In this document: positions 59,775 through 64,000 of the stretch, one piece after another
How the letters are laid out: the number at the start of each line of letters is the position of its first letter
Position numbering within the stretch: position 1 is the first letter of the stretch
NCBI GenBank assembly: GCA_033762115.1
Contig: JANRLX010000129.1
Span: 16,638 to 80,637 of the forward strand
Origin: Verrucomicrobiota bacterium
Lineage (GTDB): Bacteria > Verrucomicrobiota > Verrucomicrobiia > Limisphaerales > SXQI01
Direction: 5' to 3'
Length of the DNA stretch: 64,000 nt
Position numbers and translations under genes: made by a program
The notes under the pieces: model-generated
What the model was told of the DNA's origin: nothing
The model's database searches: none
Seen by the model: the letters and a program-made list of their open reading frames with translations, nothing else

Positions 59775-60881
59775 ATGAAGCGTTTTCTGATCATAGCTCA
59801 TTGGGTGTTGTTGCCGCTTCTGCTTCTCGCAGCATTCGAAAAGGTTTATCGCAAGCGGCTGGAGCGAAGCCCCTGGAATTGGGAGTTGTTGCAGCAGCAG
59901 ATTATTTCCGCAGGAGGCGCAGACTTCATTTTCTTTGGGGCTTCACGTGTGGGCGCGGCAGTTCAGGAAAACACTTTTGCTGAAACGCTCCAGCCCGTAA
60001 CAGGCGTCAAACCGCGGGTTTTCTCCCTCGGCACCGCTTTCACAACCCTTGGAGAGCATTATCTTGCCTTGAGAAATCTGGTTCAACGCCATCCCTCCGC
60101 CTTGAGTAATTGCGTTGTGCTTTTTGAACTCACCGGTGGCGTACCCGAGCCCGTTCCTTTTGGTTTGGAGCACCCAAGCTCATGGACCTCCCAATGGGTA
60201 CATCCCGCCCGCAGGGCCCTCGCATTCCCGCTTGTTCGCCCGATTGACTGGGAGAAGATCTACTCTTCGGGTCATACTTTTGAGGAGAAAGTTCAACTCG
60301 CCGCATATTCGCACGCCCAGTTTTCTCATTCATTTATAAATCGTGAGAAATTGCGCAGTGGTTTCCTTGCGCAGGGGCAAAGCCTGGTTGAACGAAAGAC
60401 CGAATCCGTTTGGAAAAAAAATCAACAGGCACGCACTCAGCTTGATCTGGCTGATAAATCTGGAATTCGACGGGACGAAGCCGCAGCCGATGTCACGCTC
60501 GCATCCGCGAAGCAGTGGAATGAACGCCAAAAGCAAATTCAAAAGAGGACAGACAATTGGAGCGACCTGATCGTTGATGATATCATTGACTTGGTTCAGG
60601 CGCATGGAGGAAAGGTTGCCTTTTTTGAAATGCCGCTTCCTTCGGTCATGTCCGAAGTCTATGAAACCGCGATAGGACAGGAAAATCGCCGCTCGTTTCG
60701 TGAGTATGCTGCCTCGCGTGACTGTGTGATTCTCTCCCCTGAGTTCAAGTTTGAAGATTCCTATTTCCCTGATCATTCACATCTGGCTGCGACTTACGCG
60801 GCGGATTACACGAAAGCAATCGCTCAGGCATGGATCAAAATCCGCCCAAAGAACCACTTAAAATCATCGTCTGGGGAATAA
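59775..60881 (+). CDS. SGNH-like partner of MBOAT (AlgJ/DltD-like)
   Basis: N-terminal TM anchor, FFGASR (GxS) and FPDHSHL (DxxH); directly follows the MBOAT gene. Confidence 0.68.
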   Translation: MKRFLIIAHWVLLPLLLLAAFEKVYRKRLERSPWNWELLQQQIISAGGADFIFFGASRVGAAVQENTFAETLQPVTGVKPRVFSLGTAFTTLGEHYLALRNLVQRHPSALSNCVVLFELTGGVPEPVPFGLEHPSSWTSQWVHPARRALAFPLVRPIDWEKIYSSGHTFEEKVQLAAYSHAQFSHSFINREKLRSGFLAQGQSLVERKTESVWKKNQQARTQLDLADKSGIRRDEAAADVTLASAKQWNERQKQIQKRTDNWSDLIVDDIIDLVQAHGGKVAFFEMPLPSVMSEVYETAIGQENRRSFREYAASRDCVILSPEFKFEDSYFPDHSHLAATYAADYTKAIAQAWIKIRPKNHLKSSSGE

Positions 60882-62080
60882 ATTATTCTCCGGAACTGAC
60901 CGGCATCGCTCCTTATAACGCTGCCCTTTGCGATTATTTAAAAGAGAAAGGGAGCGATGTGCGGATGGTCACAAGCTTCCCTTATTATCCTTCCTGGAAA
61001 AAGATTCCTGGCGAGGAATGGCTGCTCCATCGCAAGGATGATTTCGATGGTGTGCCGGTCCACCGGTGTTGGCATTACGTTCCGGAGAAGCCCAATTCGC
61101 TCAAGCGCATCCTGCACGAAGGCTCTTTTGTTCTCACCTCATTTATTCGTTTATTGTTCCTTCCCCGCCCGGACGTTTACATCGTTGTCTCTCCGCCACT
61201 GCTCCTCGGCGCTGCGGCCTGGATGCTGACATTGATCAAGGGAGGCCAATATATTTTTCACGTTCAGGATTTACAACCAGACGCTGCCCTCGGGCTGGGC
61301 ATGCTCAAAAAAGGTCTTTTTACTCGGATGCTTTACAAGCTTGAAGCCATTGCTTACAGGCACGCTGTTCGAGTGTCTGGCATTAGTGAGGGAATGCTCA
61401 ATGCGTTCCGGAGCAAAAACGTTCCTGAATCCAAGATTCTGTATTTTCCAAATGGGGTTGTATTGCCTGATCGCGCCACCGAGCCTCCACGCGGTTTGTT
61501 CCGTCTGCGTGAAGGATTGTCGGAAAAGCTTTTTCTTGTGGTTTACTCCGGGAACCTGGGGGTGAAGCAGGGGCTTGATATTTTGGTGCAGGCTGCCAGC
61601 CAGTTACGCGCTCCCAATGTGATGATCATCATTTGTGGGGAGGGAGCAACCAAGCCACAACTGGCGGAAGCCATCAAACAGAAAAACCTGACGAACATCA
61701 AATTGCTCCCACTTCAATCTGACCAGCATTATAAGGAAATGCTTGTGGATGCTGATTTGAGCGTCATCACACAACAGAAAGGCACCGGTTCCTTTTTCTT
61801 TCCCAGCAAGCTTCTTATCAACCTGGCCTATTTCCGTCCGGTGCTTACCGTGGCGGACAGTGTGAGCGAACTGGCAAAGGCGGTCACCGCCGGAAATTTC
61901 GGCGTCAATGTCGAGCCGGAAAACGCCGCTGCTCTCACGCAAGCCATCGAGCAACTTGCCACGAATCCTGAGCGTCTGAAGAATTTCGGCCTGGCCGGGC
62001 GCACTTTCGTTGAACAGTTCGAATTCAGCAAAGTCCTTTTCGATTTTTATTCGGTCCTCCGTTCATTGGCAAAAAAGTAA
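60830..62080 (+). CDS. wcaI: WcaI family glycosyltransferase
   Basis: GINYSPELTGI, PYYP.W, HVQDLQPDAA, YSGNLG.KQG, PSKL. Confidence 0.88.
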   Translation: MDQNPPKEPLKIIVWGINYSPELTGIAPYNAALCDYLKEKGSDVRMVTSFPYYPSWKKIPGEEWLLHRKDDFDGVPVHRCWHYVPEKPNSLKRILHEGSFVLTSFIRLLFLPRPDVYIVVSPPLLLGAAAWMLTLIKGGQYIFHVQDLQPDAALGLGMLKKGLFTRMLYKLEAIAYRHAVRVSGISEGMLNAFRSKNVPESKILYFPNGVVLPDRATEPPRGLFRLREGLSEKLFLVVYSGNLGVKQGLDILVQAASQLRAPNVMIIICGEGATKPQLAEAIKQKNLTNIKLLPLQSDQHYKEMLVDADLSVITQQKGTGSFFFPSKLLINLAYFRPVLTVADSVSELAKAVTAGNFGVNVEPENAAALTQAIEQLATNPERLKNFGLAGRTFVEQFEFSKVLFDFYSVLRSLAKK

Positions 62081-62141
62081 GCGGGGCAACCACCTGATTT
62101 GATTGGCAAACAAGCCAAAACTTGATACGCAAACCATATCC

Positions 62142-63230
62142 ATGAACACAGGAGACTTTCAAAGCCGCCGCACATTCCTTAAAACTGCCGCAGTCGCTTC
62201 GGCAATCATTGGCACTGCCGGAACTTCCCTGGCCCAGGCAAAGTCCAATATCAAACTTGGCATCGACAATTTTGCCGTTCGTGCCCTCAAGTGGAAAGCG
62301 GACGAGCTGATCAAATATGCTGCCGAACTGAAAACAGATTCGCTGTTTATCAGCGACCTTGATGCACTGGAAAATTTCGAGGAAAAATATCTCACAGATC
62401 TTCGGCGAAAAGCCAGTGACCTGGGAATTCAAATCCATCTCGGCACATGGAGCATTTGTCCTACTTCAAAATCTTTCCGTGACAAATGGGGGAATGCGGA
62501 AGAACACCTTGCTCTTGGAATCCGTACTGCAAAGGCTCTCGGTTCCCCGGTGATTCGAGTGGTGCTCGGCAGTGGTGAGGATCGCGCCACGCCGGGCGGG
62601 ATCGAAGCGCGCATCGAAGACACCGTCAAGGTGTGCAAAGCGCTGAAAACCCGTGCTGTTGATGCCGGAGTCAAGATCGCGGTCGAGAACCATGCTGGCG
62701 ATATGCAGGCCTGGGAACTTGTGCAATTAATTGAAGCTGCCGGAAAGGATTACGTAGGTGCAAACATGGATTCCGGCAATGCCACTTGGACTCTGGAAGA
62801 TCCATTGGCAAGCCTTGAAATTCTTGGGCCTTATGCCGCCACTACCAGCCTGCGTGATTCAGCAATCTGGGAAACGGAAAATGGGGCTGCCATTCAGTGG
62901 ACTGCCATGGGCGAGGGAGTGGTGGATTTCAAAACCTACTTCAAACGTTTTGCTGAATTGTGCCCCGGGGTCCCTGTCCATATCGAGACGATATCCGGAT
63001 TTAATCGTGAGTTCCCTTATTTAAAACCGGAATTCTGGAAAGTCTGGCCCAAGGCTCGTGCCATCGATTTTGCGCGTTTTGTTGCCCTGGCTAAAAAAGG
63101 AAAAGCAAAAGCTGCATGGCAACCCCCGGTCAACCAGGACAGGACAAAAGCCGAGCAGGAGTACCAGAAGCGCGAAATCGAACAGAGCATTGCTTACTGC
63201 AAGTCGCTCGGTTTGGGGCCGAAAGCCTAA
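62142..63230 (+). CDS. Tat-exported sugar phosphate isomerase/epimerase family (TIM barrel) protein
   Basis: SRRTFLK twin-arginine motif, AVENH, DSGN, GEGVVD. Confidence 0.85.
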   Translation: MNTGDFQSRRTFLKTAAVASAIIGTAGTSLAQAKSNIKLGIDNFAVRALKWKADELIKYAAELKTDSLFISDLDALENFEEKYLTDLRRKASDLGIQIHLGTWSICPTSKSFRDKWGNAEEHLALGIRTAKALGSPVIRVVLGSGEDRATPGGIEARIEDTVKVCKALKTRAVDAGVKIAVENHAGDMQAWELVQLIEAAGKDYVGANMDSGNATWTLEDPLASLEILGPYAATTSLRDSAIWETENGAAIQWTAMGEGVVDFKTYFKRFAELCPGVPVHIETISGFNREFPYLKPEFWKVWPKARAIDFARFVALAKKGKAKAAWQPPVNQDRTKAEQEYQKREIEQSIAYCKSLGLGPKA

Positions 63231-63261
63231 ACGAATATTTAAGAATTATTCCTCTGCACGC

Positions 63262-63291
63262 AGCCGCCTTCAAAAGGCGGCTTTTTATTTT
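63262..63291 (+). terminator. Rho-independent terminator
   Basis: AGCCGCCTT-caa-AAGGCGGCT stem followed by TTTTATTTT, between convergent genes. Confidence 0.85.
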
Positions 63292-63294
63292 CGG

Positions 63295-64000
63295 TTACGT
63301 GGCGGGAACGAACCGTTGCAGCAAAAGACATAACCCAAAATTTCCAAGCAGAAACAAATGGATATGCAAAGGCGCTCCTGCTAGAGCCAGTGCGTCCACC
63401 AAAACGATTCCTGCCAGGAGCGTCGAAACGGTTCGACCGACATTTTTCTCTGTTGACCAAAAAGTACTGCTCAAGGCTCTTAAGGTCCAGAGCAACAACA
63501 TTGCGCCCAGGAAAAAGGCCTGCAAACGTGTTGAGAAATCATTGACTATCCACGCCAGCAGCAACGGCGCTCCCAAAAGCAAACAGGGCCAATACTTGAT
63601 TGATCCGCGTGTGCTTTCGTTCCGTGCCACATAACTTAAACCCACAATGTAAGCAGCAAGAACCACCCCAATCCAAACGGCCATTCCTTGCAACCCGAAC
63701 GCGCCCATGCTGCCCGCGAGCAGGACCAAAAAGAACCGGCACATTGCCATGATCAAAGGGGAGAATGCCACGGCCTTATGGACGGCATCATAAAGCAGGA
63801 TAAAACATACAAGAATGAGGGCCAGCAGAAGAGGGGTCCGTCCAAAAAAGCAAAAAACAAAAATGCCCAACGCCAGCCAGGCGATCCCGTAACTCCAGAC
63901 TTCCGCACGCGTAATCGCTCCCGATGGAATTGGACGTTCGGCGCGGTGCTGCCGGTCAAAGGCCGCATCAAATGCATCATTGAGATACATTCCCCCAATG
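63295..64000 (-). CDS. UbiA family prenyltransferase (EboC-like), 5' end outside the window
   Basis: GGMYLNDAFD...D...R.ERPIPSG, YD..HK, M..CR, L.AGI...D. Confidence 0.85.
   Translation of the reverse strand, partial: IGGMYLNDAFDAAFDRQHRAERPIPSGAITRAEVWSYGIAWLALGIFVFCFFGRTPLLLALILVCFILLYDAVHKAVAFSPLIMAMCRFFLVLLAGSMGAFGLQGMAVWIGVVLAAYIVGLSYVARNESTRGSIKYWPCLLLGAPLLLAWIVNDFSTRLQAFFLGAMLLLWTLRALSSTFWSTEKNVGRTVSTLLAGIVLVDALALAGAPLHIHLFLLGNFGLCLLLQRFVPAT

Noticed and set aside
31774..60421. 8-nt A/T homopolymers in glycan genes (e.g. 31774, 39046, 41221, 44043, 48319, 56305, 60414) as phase-variation tracts
   Set aside because: All lie in intact frames, they are short, and A/T runs of this length are common. 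There is no evidence of slippage.
1..64000. CRISPR arrays, tRNA/rRNA, IS elements, prophage or defence genes
   Set aside because: No repeat-spacer periodicity, RNA-gene signature or transposase/integrase motif was seen; intergenic gaps are short.

Overview
Gene-dense bacterial chromosome segment, most likely Verrucomicrobiota (inferred from PQQ-like propellers, a DUF1592/DUF1552 pair and secreted-protein C-terminal 'RFYR' motifs; not verified by search). It has three parts. (1) 1-4484, minus strand: part of a glycan locus with a Wzy-like protein, two PglD-like acetyltransferases, a GT4, a PglC-like priming transferase and the start of a DegT aminotransferase. (2) 4.6-30.3 kb: mixed housekeeping genes (ygfZ, CNNM/hemolysin family, LuxE-like, ABC-2 exporter, glgP, frameshifted rlmN, DUF1592/1552, trmL, truA, ruvX, hemL, U32, thioesterase, mazG, proB, HpnA-like). 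(3) 30.3-62.1 kb, plus strand: a large surface-glycan locus. It begins with a FkbM gene, an O-antigen-ligase/TPR gene and an RfaH-like NusG paralog. The intergenic region after that gene holds a near-consensus sigma54 site and an ops-like GGGGCGGTAGCTG element. Next come a 1461-aa secreted multidomain protein and about 23 tightly packed genes: Wzm/Wzt, three more methyltransferases, 12 glycosyltransferases, a Wzy-like protein and three kinds of acylation machinery. The best candidate for an undescribed system is this sigma54 + RfaH/ops-controlled operon headed by the giant secreted protein. No rRNA, tRNA, CRISPR array or mobile element was recognised. All calls come from motif recognition by eye.
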